A stretch of DNA of 63,916 bases, the filler included, from Candidatus Sysuiplasma jiujiangense (GTDB lineage: Archaea; Thermoplasmatota; Thermoplasmata; Sysuiplasmatales; Sysuiplasmataceae), in assembly GCA_019721075.1 (NCBI GenBank). It is 4 parts of 3 records of this genome, joined end to end, with 100 filler letters (N's around TTAATTAATTAA, not from the genome) between each part and the next. Parts side by side here need not be neighbours in the genome. Positions count along the whole stretch, not along the records: positions 29,966 to 56,913 come from JAHEAD010000002.1; 3 more parts are not named here. One strand, 5' to 3'. The notes under the pieces were generated by a model that saw only the letters and a program-made list of their open reading frames with translations, was not told where the DNA came from and did no database searches. This document shows, one piece after another, positions 37,901-49,058 of this stretch. Position numbers and translations under genes: made by a program. Positions within the stretch are counted from its first letter, which is position 1, and every line of letters starts with the position of its first letter.

Positions 37901-38776
37901 ATGACTCCCAACTCGTTCGAATTTCATGCGCCGAAATCCATAACTGAGGCGATATCCCTTGCTGCCAGACTCGGAGAAGACGCAAAGTTTCTTGCCGGAG
38001 GACAGAGCCTGATTCCGCTGATGAAGCTGAGATTCGCGTCATTTCCCAGCATCATCGACCTTTCGCATATCAAAGAGCTGAAATACATAAGGCTTGAAGC
38101 GGACGGCCTGAAGATCGGGGCGATGACTACAACCGCGGAAATTGAAAAATCCGCAGAGGTGAAGAAACGGTTTGGCGCTCTTCACGATGCTGTTTCGCAC
38201 ATCGCCGATCCACTTGTGCGAAACATGGGCACAGTTGGCGGTAACGTCTGCCACGCGGACCCGGGGAACGATCTGCCTGCCGTCACAATTGCGCTTAACG
38301 CGGAATTCTCGATTGCCGGAAATGGAGGCACAAGAGTCGTCAGGGCGGCCGACTTTTTTATTGACACATTCACAACATCGATCAGGCCGGGAGAAATATT
38401 GAAGGAAATAATACTGCCCTTTGAAACCGGGAAACATGGAAGTGCATATATCAAACAGAAGCGCAGGGCCGGCGATTATTCAGTGGCAGGCGTGGCATGT
38501 TCCGTGATCCTCGACGATGGCGGAAAGTGTGTGCGATCCGGTGTTGCGATGACATCAGTGGGGCCCAAGGCAGCCAGAGCATCAGAGACGGAAAGATTCC
38601 TCGTCGGCAAAACAATTGACGGAAAGATCTCTGACGAGGCCGGAAAAATAGCCGCCAGGGAGGCAATGCCGGCAGATGATTTTTATGGAACGGCCGATTT
38701 CAAACGGAAGGTTGTCGGCTTGCTCTGTTCGGATGCGCTGCAGTTGTCTGTCAGAAGAGCCACGGGAGGAGTCTGA
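37901..38776 (+). CDS. Molybdo-hydroxylase FAD subunit (CoxM/CutB-like)
   Basis: LAGGQSLIPLMKLR and RNMGTVGGNVCHADPGND. Confidence 0.93.
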   Translation: MTPNSFEFHAPKSITEAISLAARLGEDAKFLAGGQSLIPLMKLRFASFPSIIDLSHIKELKYIRLEADGLKIGAMTTTAEIEKSAEVKKRFGALHDAVSHIADPLVRNMGTVGGNVCHADPGNDLPAVTIALNAEFSIAGNGGTRVVRAADFFIDTFTTSIRPGEILKEIILPFETGKHGSAYIKQKRRAGDYSVAGVACSVILDDGGKCVRSGVAMTSVGPKAARASETERFLVGKTIDGKISDEAGKIAAREAMPADDFYGTADFKRKVVGLLCSDALQLSVRRATGGV

Positions 38777-38777
38777 G

Positions 38778-39281
38778 ATGACCAGATGCCACATCGTGGT
38801 AAACGGCGAGGTCAGGGAGGAGGACATAGAGGCAAGAACACTTCTGGTTCATTTTCTTAGGGAAAATCTGGGTCTGACAGGTACTCACATCGGATGCGAT
38901 ACATCCAACTGCGGCGCCTGTACTGTCCTGCTTGACGGAGAAGCTGTAAAATCGTGCACTGTCCTTGCGCTTCAGGCTGACGGAAGAGAAGTGACGACGA
39001 TAGAAGGCATAGGTTCAGGAGGACTGCATGCTATTCAGAAGGCATTTATCGAGAAACAGGGATTTCAGTGCGGTTATTGCACCCCCGGCATGATAATAGC
39101 AGCCTTCTGGTTGCTCAAAAGAAACAGCCATCCCTCCGAAACGGAAATCAGGAATGCCATCAGCGGCAATCTGTGCAGATGCACTGGCTACAGAAGTATT
39201 ATCGACGCAATAAGGCTCGCTTCCGAAAGGATGAACGGAAATGAGGGAGACACGTCTGTAAGAGTTGATTCAAATGACTGA
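38778..39281 (+). CDS. Molybdo-hydroxylase 2x[2Fe-2S] subunit (CoxS/CutC-like)
   Basis: GCDTSNCGACTV, QCGYCTPG and NLCRCTGY. Confidence 0.95.
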   Translation: MTRCHIVVNGEVREEDIEARTLLVHFLRENLGLTGTHIGCDTSNCGACTVLLDGEAVKSCTVLALQADGREVTTIEGIGSGGLHAIQKAFIEKQGFQCGYCTPGMIIAAFWLLKRNSHPSETEIRNAISGNLCRCTGYRSIIDAIRLASERMNGNEGDTSVRVDSND

Positions 39282-41280
39282 AATTGAAAATCTTGTAACC
39301 GGTAGAGGTCGGTTTGTTGAGGACATAAAACTGAAAGGCACGCTCAGGATGGTTGTGATCAGAAGTCCATATGCGAGGGCAAGGATCCTCAAAATCGAAG
39401 GCGGACTTAACGGCCATGATATCATCGGAAGCATGAGCTCTGTCGGGGAAGGCGCAACAGAAGGGGAGCAGGAGCTTCAGGAGCCGATACTCTCCACCAG
39501 CATGGTGAACTATGTCGGGCAGCCCGTGGCTGCGGTATTCGCTGATGATCTGTATGCAGCCGAAGATCTGGTGGACTCCGTCGACGTGGAATATGAGCCG
39601 CTTAAACCTGTGACAGGAATTAGGGAAGCATTGAATTCGGATCCCATTCACAGGACAGCAAAATCGAACATTATGACTGACAGATGGCTTGGGAAGGATT
39701 TTAAAATAGACGCCCCCGTTGTCCTTGAGGACAGTTTTGTAAACAGGAGAGTGGCTACCAACCCCATAGAGGCGAGAGCAGTATTGGCGGATTACTCGAA
39801 CGACCGCCTGACAGTATGGATTTCCACTCAATCCGTACACAGCATCAAGGAAGGACTGTGTGAAACAATGCATCTTCCGCCTGAAAAGGTCAGGGTGATT
39901 CAGGCAGATACAGGGGGAGCCTTTGGCCTGAAGGGGGGCATATACCCTGAATACGTGATCGCGGCATATGCCTCAATGAAATTCAGGAAGCCTGTCAGGT
40001 GGATTGAGACCAGGAGGGAACATCTTTCAGCCAGCCACCCCGGCAGGGGTGCCGAAGCAAAGATGAAGCTGTTTGCGGACAGATCCGGAATGGTCCTTGG
40101 CTTGAAGGGGGAGGTATTCGTTGACGGAGGCGCCTATGCAGGCGGCATGGGAGAATTTGCACCGGGATTCATAGGATACCAGATGACCGGACCGTATGCA
40201 ATAGCCAACGCACACGTCAGGACTGCTTCCGTATTTACGAACAAGCCGCCACTGGGACCGTATCGCGGTGCCGGAAGACCGGAGGCTGCATTTTTCGTTG
40301 AAAGGATGATGGACCTTCTCGCCGATGAGCTGCACCTGGACGCGGCAGATGTTAGAATACTCAACTCTTCAGCCGAGCCGTTCAGATCCCCGCTCGGAAT
40401 GAAGATAGATGCTTCCCGCGATTTCATCAGGAGGGCCGTGGATGAGCTTCAGTACAGGAAGAAGACGAAGGAACAGAACGCGGGATTTGCCTGCTTTGTG
40501 CTTGTTCCCGCAACGCAGCCGGGTGAAAGTGCGAGGATATTGGTGAAAGACGGCAGAATAAAAGTCTGGCTTGGCGGCAATTCGCATGGCCAGAGACATG
40601 ATTTATTCGTAAAGAAACTCCTCAGTCAGGAACTGGGTGTTCAGGAAGACTTGGTGGAACTTGAGCCGGGCGATACAGACATGCTTGAATCAGGCGTCGG
40701 TGCGTGGGGAAGCAGATCTGCAATGATGGCAGGGACGGCGCTCATAAGGGTGGCAAGGAAAATCAGGGACCAGACGGAGAAGGAATTCGGAAAGTACTCA
40801 CCGCAGCTCCTGCTCTCCAACGAATATGACGAATTCCACTTTGAGAAATACAAAGATTCCCTCAATTCGTTCGGTGCAAATCTCGCAACTGTCAAAACAG
40901 ACAGATACGGTAATATCAGCGTCGAAGAGTGCTGGAGCTACTATGATGTAGGAAATGCGCTCAGCAGGGATGTCGTGATTGGCCAGATAATCGGCGGTTC
41001 CGTACAGGGAATTGGACAGGCACTCTATGAGGAAATCGCGTACAGCGAAGACGGGCAGCTCCTGACCGCATCAATTTCAGATTCGGGCCTGCAGACGGCC
41101 GTCGGCATTCCCGAATTCAACATTAAGCTGGCAGAGAACAGATCCACACTTCCCCATGGCGCAAAGGGGCTTGGAGAAAGCCCGACCATCGGCGTGCCGA
41201 GCGCTGTTGTCAGGGCGGTTGAAAAGGTAACGGGAAAACGCATACGTGAAACACCGGTGAAGCCGGAGCACATACTCTGA
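39274..41280 (+). CDS. Molybdo-hydroxylase large subunit (aldehyde oxidoreductase/CutA-like, not form I CODH)
   Basis: GGAFGLK, PYRGAGRPEA, GAWGSRS, GQIIGG and KGLGE. Confidence 0.9.
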   Translation: MTEIENLVTGRGRFVEDIKLKGTLRMVVIRSPYARARILKIEGGLNGHDIIGSMSSVGEGATEGEQELQEPILSTSMVNYVGQPVAAVFADDLYAAEDLVDSVDVEYEPLKPVTGIREALNSDPIHRTAKSNIMTDRWLGKDFKIDAPVVLEDSFVNRRVATNPIEARAVLADYSNDRLTVWISTQSVHSIKEGLCETMHLPPEKVRVIQADTGGAFGLKGGIYPEYVIAAYASMKFRKPVRWIETRREHLSASHPGRGAEAKMKLFADRSGMVLGLKGEVFVDGGAYAGGMGEFAPGFIGYQMTGPYAIANAHVRTASVFTNKPPLGPYRGAGRPEAAFFVERMMDLLADELHLDAADVRILNSSAEPFRSPLGMKIDASRDFIRRAVDELQYRKKTKEQNAGFACFVLVPATQPGESARILVKDGRIKVWLGGNSHGQRHDLFVKKLLSQELGVQEDLVELEPGDTDMLESGVGAWGSRSAMMAGTALIRVARKIRDQTEKEFGKYSPQLLLSNEYDEFHFEKYKDSLNSFGANLATVKTDRYGNISVEECWSYYDVGNALSRDVVIGQIIGGSVQGIGQALYEEIAYSEDGQLLTASISDSGLQTAVGIPEFNIKLAENRSTLPHGAKGLGESPTIGVPSAVVRAVEKVTGKRIRETPVKPEHIL

Positions 41281-41761
41281 ACCATTCCTGCCCCAGGATT
41301 GCTGTTTATTGGTCATGCCTCCTGCAGTTTCGGCTGAATTCTGGGCGGCTAATTTACCGGAAAACAGCGTATCACGACGGCAACAAACACGCATCTGCCT
41401 GACACGCCATCGGAGAACATTATGCGCTGTAACAGCTGCGTCCAATATCCTCGTTTGCGTCCCGCCGAATGCCGCTCCTTGGCTGATGGCGGCGATGCCG
41501 TCACAATTGAAAAATAAATCGCACCGTCTGCAGTCGTGAATCCATGCACAGGACATCATTTGAAGGAAGCGCAATCGAGCAGATGCAAATGCACTGAGAC
41601 GCCTTACGGCGAGTTCAAAAGTCGATAATTGCATTCGCCATTCCTGTTTTCCTGCAGAATCACATGCCTTCTGTGCAAAATAATAGATATAACCTCGTGG
41701 ATTTTGCGTTCTGTAATTAATGAGGGGAGGAAGTGAGGTCAGGTTGCGCGGCAGTGCCAGA

Positions 41762-42736
41762 ATGATGATGTCGAGGACGCCGTTGAGGATCAGTTTTCTC
41801 GGAGGCGGTACGGATATCAGGGAATATTATCTCAAACGCGGCGGTGCAGTTGTTTCGGCTGCAATAGACAGATACATTCACATAATCGTCAACAGGAAGT
41901 TCGACGACAACATAAGGGTTTCATACTCAAAGACCGAAATTGTTGACAGCGTCGAAAAGCTGGCTCATCCGCTTGTAAGAGAGGCTCTGAAATTGCTTGA
42001 CATAAGGAAGGGAATTGAGATTGTCAGCATATCTGACATACCCTCCGAGGGGACAGGACTTGGATCTTCAAGCAGCTTTACGGTTGGTCTGCTCAATGCA
42101 CTGCATGCATGGCTCGGCGAGCACACACCTGCAAAACAGCTCGCCGAGGAAGCATGCAGGATCGAAAGGGATATCGTCAGAGATCCGGGCGGAATGCAGG
42201 ACCAGTACATTGCTGCATTCGGCGGACTGAGAATGTTCGAATTCAGGACAGACGGCGATATACACGCCCATCATGTTCTCATGAACGACGGAGGAAAGAG
42301 AGCTCTTGACGACAGCCTGATGCTGTACTATACGGGAATTACGAGAAGCTCCTCATCCATACTGAACAGCCAGATTGGTGATATCACAGGCAAGATGGAA
42401 TACTATGACAGGATGAGGGAAATGGCTTACAGGTGTGCGGAACTTCTTGAGAAATCCGATATCGGTGGCGTTGGCCGGCTGCTTGACGAGGGATGGGCGG
42501 TCAAGAAATCATTGAGCAATGGCATTTCCAACGACCGGATAGACAGAATCTATGAGAGAGCAAGGAAAGCAGGCGCATATGGCGGCAAAATCACGGGCGC
42601 CGGCGGAGGCGGATTCCTTCTCCTGCTGGCGGATCCTGCAAGAAAAGAAGCTGTTGCAAACGCCCTTGTGGATCTCAAGAGGGAAAACATATCCATAGAC
42701 GCCATGGGTAGCAGGATAGTTTATGTCGGCGACTGA
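41762..42736 (+). CDS. GHMP sugar kinase (HddA heptose-7-phosphate-kinase-like)
   Basis: PLRISFLGGGTD, GTGLGSSSS, GMQDQY and GGKITGAGGGGF. Confidence 0.88.
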   Translation: MMMSRTPLRISFLGGGTDIREYYLKRGGAVVSAAIDRYIHIIVNRKFDDNIRVSYSKTEIVDSVEKLAHPLVREALKLLDIRKGIEIVSISDIPSEGTGLGSSSSFTVGLLNALHAWLGEHTPAKQLAEEACRIERDIVRDPGGMQDQYIAAFGGLRMFEFRTDGDIHAHHVLMNDGGKRALDDSLMLYYTGITRSSSSILNSQIGDITGKMEYYDRMREMAYRCAELLEKSDIGGVGRLLDEGWAVKKSLSNGISNDRIDRIYERARKAGAYGGKITGAGGGGFLLLLADPARKEAVANALVDLKRENISIDAMGSRIVYVGD

Positions 42737-42908
42737 AAGAATGACGGACAGACATGGCGATGCGCCGGGTACACTTCCGTGCGTCTAATTATATACATGA
42801 TGTGTCTATTCGATTTCTGTTATCGCATGGCGGTGGAAATTGCACGGCCATGCAGAGCAATCCCGCCCGTAAAGACAGCGGGCAAGACCTGATTTGCGGA
42901 GAGAGTGA

Positions 42909-43778
42909 ATGCCCAGGAGAACAATCAGCGAGCTTGACAGAGCGGAAGAAAAGTACTCTGCATTAATCGAAAAGAGAAACATGCTCAATGATGACGCTGC
43001 GGAAATAAGAAAAGCAAGGGACATGCTGAACGACCAGAAAGAAAAACTTTTCGACGAAGTGCTCGAAATCAAGAAGCAGAAGGATGAAAAAGCCGCTGAA
43101 ATGCGTTCACACAAGCTGCTGAGAAATGAGCTTAACGCAAGGGCAAAGGAACTCATACAGCTCAAGAGGGAACTTTACAAGAATGCGCCTGACAATGATA
43201 TTTACCGTGAAATTGACAGGCTAAACAGGGAATTTGACAGACTCGAAAGAAAACAGCAGACTGAAACGCTCACGATACCAGAGGAAAATGAAGTCATACA
43301 GAAGATGAGAACAAATCTTGCGGAGAGGAACAGGCTACTCTCGGTCTCCCACAAGGGAGAACAGATCGCCGGCAAACTATCGGAGCTCAACGCACAGATA
43401 GATTCCATTTTTGAGCAAGCAAGGAAGGAGCATGAGTTTGTGATTTCGCTTTATGCGGAAGTGCAGGCATCCGGAGAACAGATGTCGTCAAAGCTCGCCG
43501 AAGCTTCCATTCTGGTAAGTGAATCAAACAAGAGGCACAAGGAATATCTGGAGAAGCGTGGAGAGGCCGACAAATGTCACGCAGAGGCGATGGAAATGAG
43601 GGGGCTGATACTGGAGAGGAGACGTGAACGCAGGGAGAAGGTAAACGAAAGCAGGCAGGCCCTCAGGGAACAGAATCTCAGTGTCAGGAAAACCCTCTTC
43701 GACGAAAGGGCGAGCGAGGAAGAGGCGGAAAAGCAGCTGCAGGAACTTCTGAAGAGGGGTAAGGTCAGCCTGAGGTGA
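42909..43778 (+). CDS. Archaeal coiled-coil protein (COG1340-like)
   Basis: Long heptad helices, LERKQQTETLT..EE and a C-terminal LLKRGKVSL. Confidence 0.8.
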   Translation: MPRRTISELDRAEEKYSALIEKRNMLNDDAAEIRKARDMLNDQKEKLFDEVLEIKKQKDEKAAEMRSHKLLRNELNARAKELIQLKRELYKNAPDNDIYREIDRLNREFDRLERKQQTETLTIPEENEVIQKMRTNLAERNRLLSVSHKGEQIAGKLSELNAQIDSIFEQARKEHEFVISLYAEVQASGEQMSSKLAEASILVSESNKRHKEYLEKRGEADKCHAEAMEMRGLILERRRERREKVNESRQALREQNLSVRKTLFDERASEEEAEKQLQELLKRGKVSLR

Positions 43779-43782
43779 GCCA

Positions 43783-44880
43783 ATGAGGGCCGTAGTTCTT
43801 GCCGGCGGAGAGGGCACCAGGCTGAGACCACTCACTGAAAATATACCCAAACCGCTGATTCCGGTAGCAGGCAGACCGTGTGTTGAGTACGCACTCCGTT
43901 CGCTGGTCAAGAGCGGTTTCAATTCCATCGTGGTCACCACAGGTTACCTTTCTGACCGCCTGATTAGAAGAATTTCAGACGGAAGACAGATAGGCGCGTC
44001 CATCCTTTATTCGTTTGAGCCTGAGCCGGCGGGTACGGCTGGCGCCGTCAGGATACTTTCGCCATTCCTTGACAGGACATTTGTTGTGATGAGCGGTGAC
44101 ACGCTGATGGATCTTGATGTCAGATCCATTTACGATGACCATGTAAGGAGCGGCGCCTCCGTAACGATGGCGGTAACCGAGGTCGATGATCCATCTGAGT
44201 TCGGCGTCGTGGCAACCGACAGGGAGGGATTCGTCACAAGATTTCAGGAGAAGCCGAAAAGGGAGGAGGCATTTTCAAAACTCATAAACGCCGGAGTCTA
44301 CGTGATAGAAAGGGATGTGATGGAACTTGTCCCCGAGAGGACTCAATATGACTTTGCAAAGCAGCTTTTTCCCCTCCTGATGAAGGAGGGAAAAAGGATC
44401 AAGACACACAAGGTGAACGGCATCTGGCTCGATATCGGCAGGCCTGCGGATCTTCACAGGGCGAATCTGGCGATAGTCGATGCCGAGGGCAGGGAGCCTG
44501 AAATAGAAGGGTGCGAGGCATCGGGCAGGATGATACTGATTGAAAAGCCTGCCTGTGGAAACGACGTGGAGTTCCGGGGAAGGTGCTACGTGGGCAGAAA
44601 AGTCAGCCTTGAAGACAGGAATACGATAATCGACTCATGCCTCTATGACGGCGTGCGCATAGGTTCGGAAACAAGAATTTCCGGAAGCCTTCTCCTTGAC
44701 GGCACGAGGATCGGTAAAGGATGCGACATATCCGGAACCATTCTCTCCCCCGGCTGCAGGGTGGGAGACAATGCCAAAATCGAGAAGTCAGTTATAGGGG
44801 AAGGTGTATTCATAAAGTCGAATTCCAGCCTGATAGGAGCCAACATATCTCCGCGCATCCATCCGCAGAACAGCGGATAG
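43783..44880 (+). CDS. Sugar-1-phosphate nucleotidyltransferase (NDP-sugar synthase) with LbH domain
   Basis: LAGGEGTRLRPLT...PKPL, GTAGA, FQEKP, INAGVY, WLDIG and hexapeptide repeats. Confidence 0.92.
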   Translation: MRAVVLAGGEGTRLRPLTENIPKPLIPVAGRPCVEYALRSLVKSGFNSIVVTTGYLSDRLIRRISDGRQIGASILYSFEPEPAGTAGAVRILSPFLDRTFVVMSGDTLMDLDVRSIYDDHVRSGASVTMAVTEVDDPSEFGVVATDREGFVTRFQEKPKREEAFSKLINAGVYVIERDVMELVPERTQYDFAKQLFPLLMKEGKRIKTHKVNGIWLDIGRPADLHRANLAIVDAEGREPEIEGCEASGRMILIEKPACGNDVEFRGRCYVGRKVSLEDRNTIIDSCLYDGVRIGSETRISGSLLLDGTRIGKGCDISGTILSPGCRVGDNAKIEKSVIGEGVFIKSNSSLIGANISPRIHPQNSG

Positions 44881-44897
44881 GGTCCGGCAGGCAGCGC

Positions 44898-45998
44898 CTA
44901 CAGAATGCCCGCCTGGGTCAGCTTTTCCGGCAGGTATGTGTCGGTGACATAGTCCAGCCCGTATTTTGCGAGAGCCTGCTGTTCCGCCTTCTTCCTGTTC
45001 TGAAGCATTGTTTCGATCTCCGACTTCCAGAACGGATCGTTGAATCGCGGATCGGTGAGTTCCGCCTCCAGCGCTTTGATATCCACGTCGGAAAGCTTGT
45101 CCGTCGGCAGATCGTAGTTCAGTATGTCCGATGCCGTGATACCGACAAATTCGGCGGTTGGAGTGGCGAGATATTCGGAAATGTGGGCCGTCTTTATTGC
45201 GCCGTAGGCAATCGAGGCGTGTATCCTGAAAGACCATGGATCGCCATCGGTAAACGTGACAACCGGAAGTTTCTGCTCCTCGTTGAGGCGCTTTATGAAT
45301 CTCCTGGTGCTCCTGGCCGGCTGCCCTTTCAGATGAACAAGTATTGCCCTGAATTGTTCATCAAAACCGTTCTCAACCAGCCTGTCAAACATACCGCCTG
45401 TTTCTATCGCAATCACGAAATCCGCATCCGATGACAGGAGCTTTATCTTGTCCTCCTCCACGTTATACGGTATGCTGTAGCCGGAGTCGCCGACGTCGTC
45501 CCTGCAGTTTATCTTCTTTATCTTTCCCTTCCTGTCCTTCTCCTGGACAGTGAGATTTCCAATAACTCTCGCACCGTCCTCCTCGGGCCTGAGTTTGAAA
45601 TCCTCCCTGAGGCACTTTGTTATGATTTCCAGATCCTCCGCCAGTTTGTCCGATTCATCCTGCGAATTGAACTTTGCCTTTCCCCAGCCTTCGGAAATGT
45701 AATACATCTCCCTCAGCGTGGAGGACTTGGATTCGGTGATCATCTGCTCTATGAACTCAAGCATGTGGACTGTCCTGAGCAGCATGTAGGCACCGACCGC
45801 TTTTTTAGCGCTGCGTATACCCATCGCCCTGCCGTACTTCCATACGCTTGCCTTGCTGTCGAATCGTATATTGGCCTTTGTCCTGAGGGGAAGTACCATT
45901 TTCGGTATCTCCCCCTGATCAAGCTGGTCGTAGACCTCGCCCGCAATCTCGATCAGCTTCTGTCTCGCTATCGTTGTGTGACCTTCATCACTCTTCAC
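44898..45998 (-). CDS. top6A: DNA topoisomerase VI subunit A
   Basis: STLREMYY (catalytic Tyr), AIETGG, KGQP, DGDPW and KAEQQAL. Confidence 0.97.
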   Translation of the reverse strand: MKSDEGHTTIARQKLIEIAGEVYDQLDQGEIPKMVLPLRTKANIRFDSKASVWKYGRAMGIRSAKKAVGAYMLLRTVHMLEFIEQMITESKSSTLREMYYISEGWGKAKFNSQDESDKLAEDLEIITKCLREDFKLRPEEDGARVIGNLTVQEKDRKGKIKKINCRDDVGDSGYSIPYNVEEDKIKLLSSDADFVIAIETGGMFDRLVENGFDEQFRAILVHLKGQPARSTRRFIKRLNEEQKLPVVTFTDGDPWSFRIHASIAYGAIKTAHISEYLATPTAEFVGITASDILNYDLPTDKLSDVDIKALEAELTDPRFNDPFWKSEIETMLQNRKKAEQQALAKYGLDYVTDTYLPEKLTQAGIL

Positions 45999-47973
45999 TC
46001 AGCTCCCCTCCCTCCTCATCGTAGTCGGCATCGCCTGAATCCTCCTTTTCCTCTTCGAATTCGAATGTCTTGATCCCCCAGTCGCCCGGCAGGGGCTCGG
46101 CTCCTATCACCATCGCCGGATTTATTTCGCTCACGTATATCTCATTCTCCGTATAGTCTTCCCTTTCAACATCCCTGATCGGAAGACTTATCTCAATTGT
46201 CTCAAGTGTCTGAAGCTTTGCAATTTCCCAGCTGATTTTCCCGTCCTCAGTTATCTCGGTGGGCTGCGGAACTATGGACTTTATGTCGATGTTGACTGAA
46301 GGGACCAGTGCATGCAGCTTCAGGCTCTGCTTCTTCGAGGTATAGTTTCTTATCCTGATGGAACCGGTTGCAATCTTCTTCCTGGCATCGTATTCGACCG
46401 AGTCCTCGACATAAATGACATTCATTATCTTGGTAATGGTCTTGGATATATCCGGAACAGGCTTCCCGAGCACGGCCGAGGTCTTTTCCGCAATCTTGGG
46501 TATTATTTCAGTGACTATGTCGAATTTGACCGCCGCCTTGCTTTTTGTCTCCTTCTTATTCAGATGCGATTTCAGGTTCCTTGCGCATATTTTCAGCGCA
46601 AGATCTATCTCCTGCATTATCTCCGGAATGGCCGCGACCGCTTCCTTGGATTCCGATGTGAAAGGCACCTTCGTCGAAAGGACATGGACGAGAACAACAG
46701 CGGGGCCGTACGGTATTCCTGTCCCTCCCCTCTGCTCAAGGCCGTACCTCCGCCAGTCAACATTCTCAATAGCCTGGGTAATCGCGCATGCTCCCTGCTG
46801 ATAGAGCAGCGGAACGCGGTTGGCATAGCGCATTATTGACACCGGCTGATCCGGGGGGAGTTCCCCCCCGTAAACTATTCCTACTTCCACCTGAAACGGG
46901 TTTCCGCCGTAGACTGCCGGCAACCTGGTGACCGGTTGTGCATAAAACTCCGGTCTGAGGCTGCCGAGTACATTCTTCAGTCCTCTCTTTATAAGGGATT
47001 CGCCAATCGGACTCAGACAGTCTGTCTGTGGAGCCATTATCCTGGTCTGAGAAATGGCGTTCAGAAGAGCCTTTGCCTGTTCCAGAGTGATATCCTTCGG
47101 CCTTCTTTCCTGGGATATCATCGACTTTTCGCATATTTCCTTCGCAACCCTGTCGCTGATGCGTGAAAATTCATTCCGCAGGAAGGAGGACAGCCTCTTC
47201 TCCTGGGTGTAAGCCAGCATGTTGATCAGCGTGCCGATTTCCAGACCGTAGGGGTGCGGCTGTATCTCAACTGCTTTTGGGGGCATCGTCTGTGTTGCGC
47301 GCTCAAACCTGAATACCCTGCCTTCGGGATCTCTGTAGGTGATCAGTGCATGCGGGTTTACGACTGCAGTGCTTCGCAGATATTCCATTACGGACTGTTT
47401 TCCGGTGACATACCTTCCCACCATCGAAAATTCCAGTTCCGTGCCGTGTTCCACCCTTTTTCCATCCTCCTCCCAGATCAGATGGTCTTCCCTCAAGACT
47501 ACTGGCTTGTTCTTCTTTGTATCTATAGTCAGATCAATATCATTGGCAACGTCCGATTCGGATATTTTTGAACGTATGTGCGTCGCCTGGCCCGTCGTCA
47601 GCTGCGAATACATCACGACAGCGGAAATGCCTATGCCCTGCTGTCCACGCGACTGCCTGATGGCATGGAATCTCGAGCCGTAGAGGAGCCGGCCAAAAAC
47701 ATTTGGAATCTGAGTTCTCACAACACCGGGTCCGTTGTCCGTCACCGAAACCCTGTATTCGTTCTGATTCAGGCGCGATATCGAAACGTAGATTTCAGGC
47801 AGTACCATTGCCTCTTCGCAAGCGTCAAGCGAGTTGTCTACCGCCTCCTTGACAGCGACAATGAGTGCCTTGACTGTGGAGTCGAAACCAAGTATCTGCC
47901 TGTTTCTCTCAAAGAATTCAGAAACAGAAATTTCCTTCTGTTTTCTGGCCATTTCCTCTGCGATTGTAGCCAT
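45988..47973 (-). CDS. top6B: DNA topoisomerase VI subunit B
   Basis: [34 protein letters not shown] and [10 protein letters not shown]-terminal extra domain and acidic tail; start at MATIAEE. Confidence 0.97.
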   Translation of the reverse strand: MATIAEEMARKQKEISVSEFFERNRQILGFDSTVKALIVAVKEAVDNSLDACEEAMVLPEIYVSISRLNQNEYRVSVTDNGPGVVRTQIPNVFGRLLYGSRFHAIRQSRGQQGIGISAVVMYSQLTTGQATHIRSKISESDVANDIDLTIDTKKNKPVVLREDHLIWEEDGKRVEHGTELEFSMVGRYVTGKQSVMEYLRSTAVVNPHALITYRDPEGRVFRFERATQTMPPKAVEIQPHPYGLEIGTLINMLAYTQEKRLSSFLRNEFSRISDRVAKEICEKSMISQERRPKDITLEQAKALLNAISQTRIMAPQTDCLSPIGESLIKRGLKNVLGSLRPEFYAQPVTRLPAVYGGNPFQVEVGIVYGGELPPDQPVSIMRYANRVPLLYQQGACAITQAIENVDWRRYGLEQRGGTGIPYGPAVVLVHVLSTKVPFTSESKEAVAAIPEIMQEIDLALKICARNLKSHLNKKETKSKAAVKFDIVTEIIPKIAEKTSAVLGKPVPDISKTITKIMNVIYVEDSVEYDARKKIATGSIRIRNYTSKKQSLKLHALVPSVNIDIKSIVPQPTEITEDGKISWEIAKLQTLETIEISLPIRDVEREDYTENEIYVSEINPAMVIGAEPLPGDWGIKTFEFEEEKEDSGDADYDEEGGELSEE

Positions 47974-48529
47974 CCCATCCGACCTTGACTGCACGGTGCA
48001 CATTACCATGCTTTTTTCGGGTGAAGTAGATGAAACATCATATATATATGCCACGCCGGGAGTTCAATGGAAGCTCGTGACCCGAAAGATGCTGAGACAC
48101 ATGTTTTTATGCGCCGTGGTCTCACGTGCTTTTCCGCGCATTGTCACACAGTCGTTGTTTATCTGAGTGCTTGTAACTATTCATGCATATACGGGCAGGA
48201 TGCATCGACGATCGACCGTTCCAGTGCATCGTATGAGCAGCAGTCGCTGTATCCTGTCAGTCATTGCCGCAACTGCCGCAGCAGGTCAATAATCGGATAC
48301 CATGTTCACGGATGCAGCAGGCCTGATAAGCGAACGTCGGAAGTGGTTAACAAAATCTCCTGAAAAACGACGGTTTTAGCTTCGTCCTTCGGCAAATGCC
48401 ATTGTGCCTGGTTTGCGATCCATTTTCTAAGATGGGGTTGATAGCTACAATCTTCTTTCCAGCTCGTTCGTCAGCCTGACAGAATGTTTATAGGAAGCAC
48501 TGTGTTTCAAGCAACCTGTCGTGTGATTG

Positions 48530-49006
48530 ATGCCGGAAGGAACCAAAAATTTCAGGATTGAAAGTATCGGGGAAGGTTCCATCGCCATACTCCTTAGGCA
48601 CAGGGAGGCCATGTGGAGAGAAATAGGCGACTACACAGAAGAACAGATAAACAAATCACAGACAAACTACGAAAGATGGCTTTTGAAGAGGCTGATTTCG
48701 GGCGAAGTCGTTGCATTTGCCGCAGTAGACGGAACAGGAAACATTTTGGGCAGCGGGTCCCTGTGGTTCCAAGATTCAAGACCGACACCCCACAATCCTG
48801 AAGGCACCATAGCTTATCTCATGTCCATGTACGTCGAACCGCAGAACAGGAGAAACGGCGTTGCCTCCGCCTTACTAGGAGAGGCGATAGAATTCACGCG
48901 AAAAAGCGGATGCAGGCGAATGGTGCTGCACGCCTCAAGGTTTGGCAGAGGACTGTACGAAAGAGCCGGCTTCATAGAGACAAACGAGATGAAACTGGAC
49001 ATCTAA
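48530..49006 (+). CDS. GNAT N-acetyltransferase
   Basis: MYVEPQNRRNGVAS and LHASRFGRGLYERAGF. Confidence 0.9.
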   Translation: MPEGTKNFRIESIGEGSIAILLRHREAMWREIGDYTEEQINKSQTNYERWLLKRLISGEVVAFAAVDGTGNILGSGSLWFQDSRPTPHNPEGTIAYLMSMYVEPQNRRNGVASALLGEAIEFTRKSGCRRMVLHASRFGRGLYERAGFIETNEMKLDI

Positions 49007-49058
49007 CACCAGGTGTTGTATTACATCGCCGAAGGCGTGCCGGCTCCATCACGTTGTA

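Noticed and set aside
39274..41280. Aerobic CO dehydrogenase (form I CoxL)
   Set aside because: The active-site loop is PYRGAGR, not AYxCSFR, and no coxDE genes are present.
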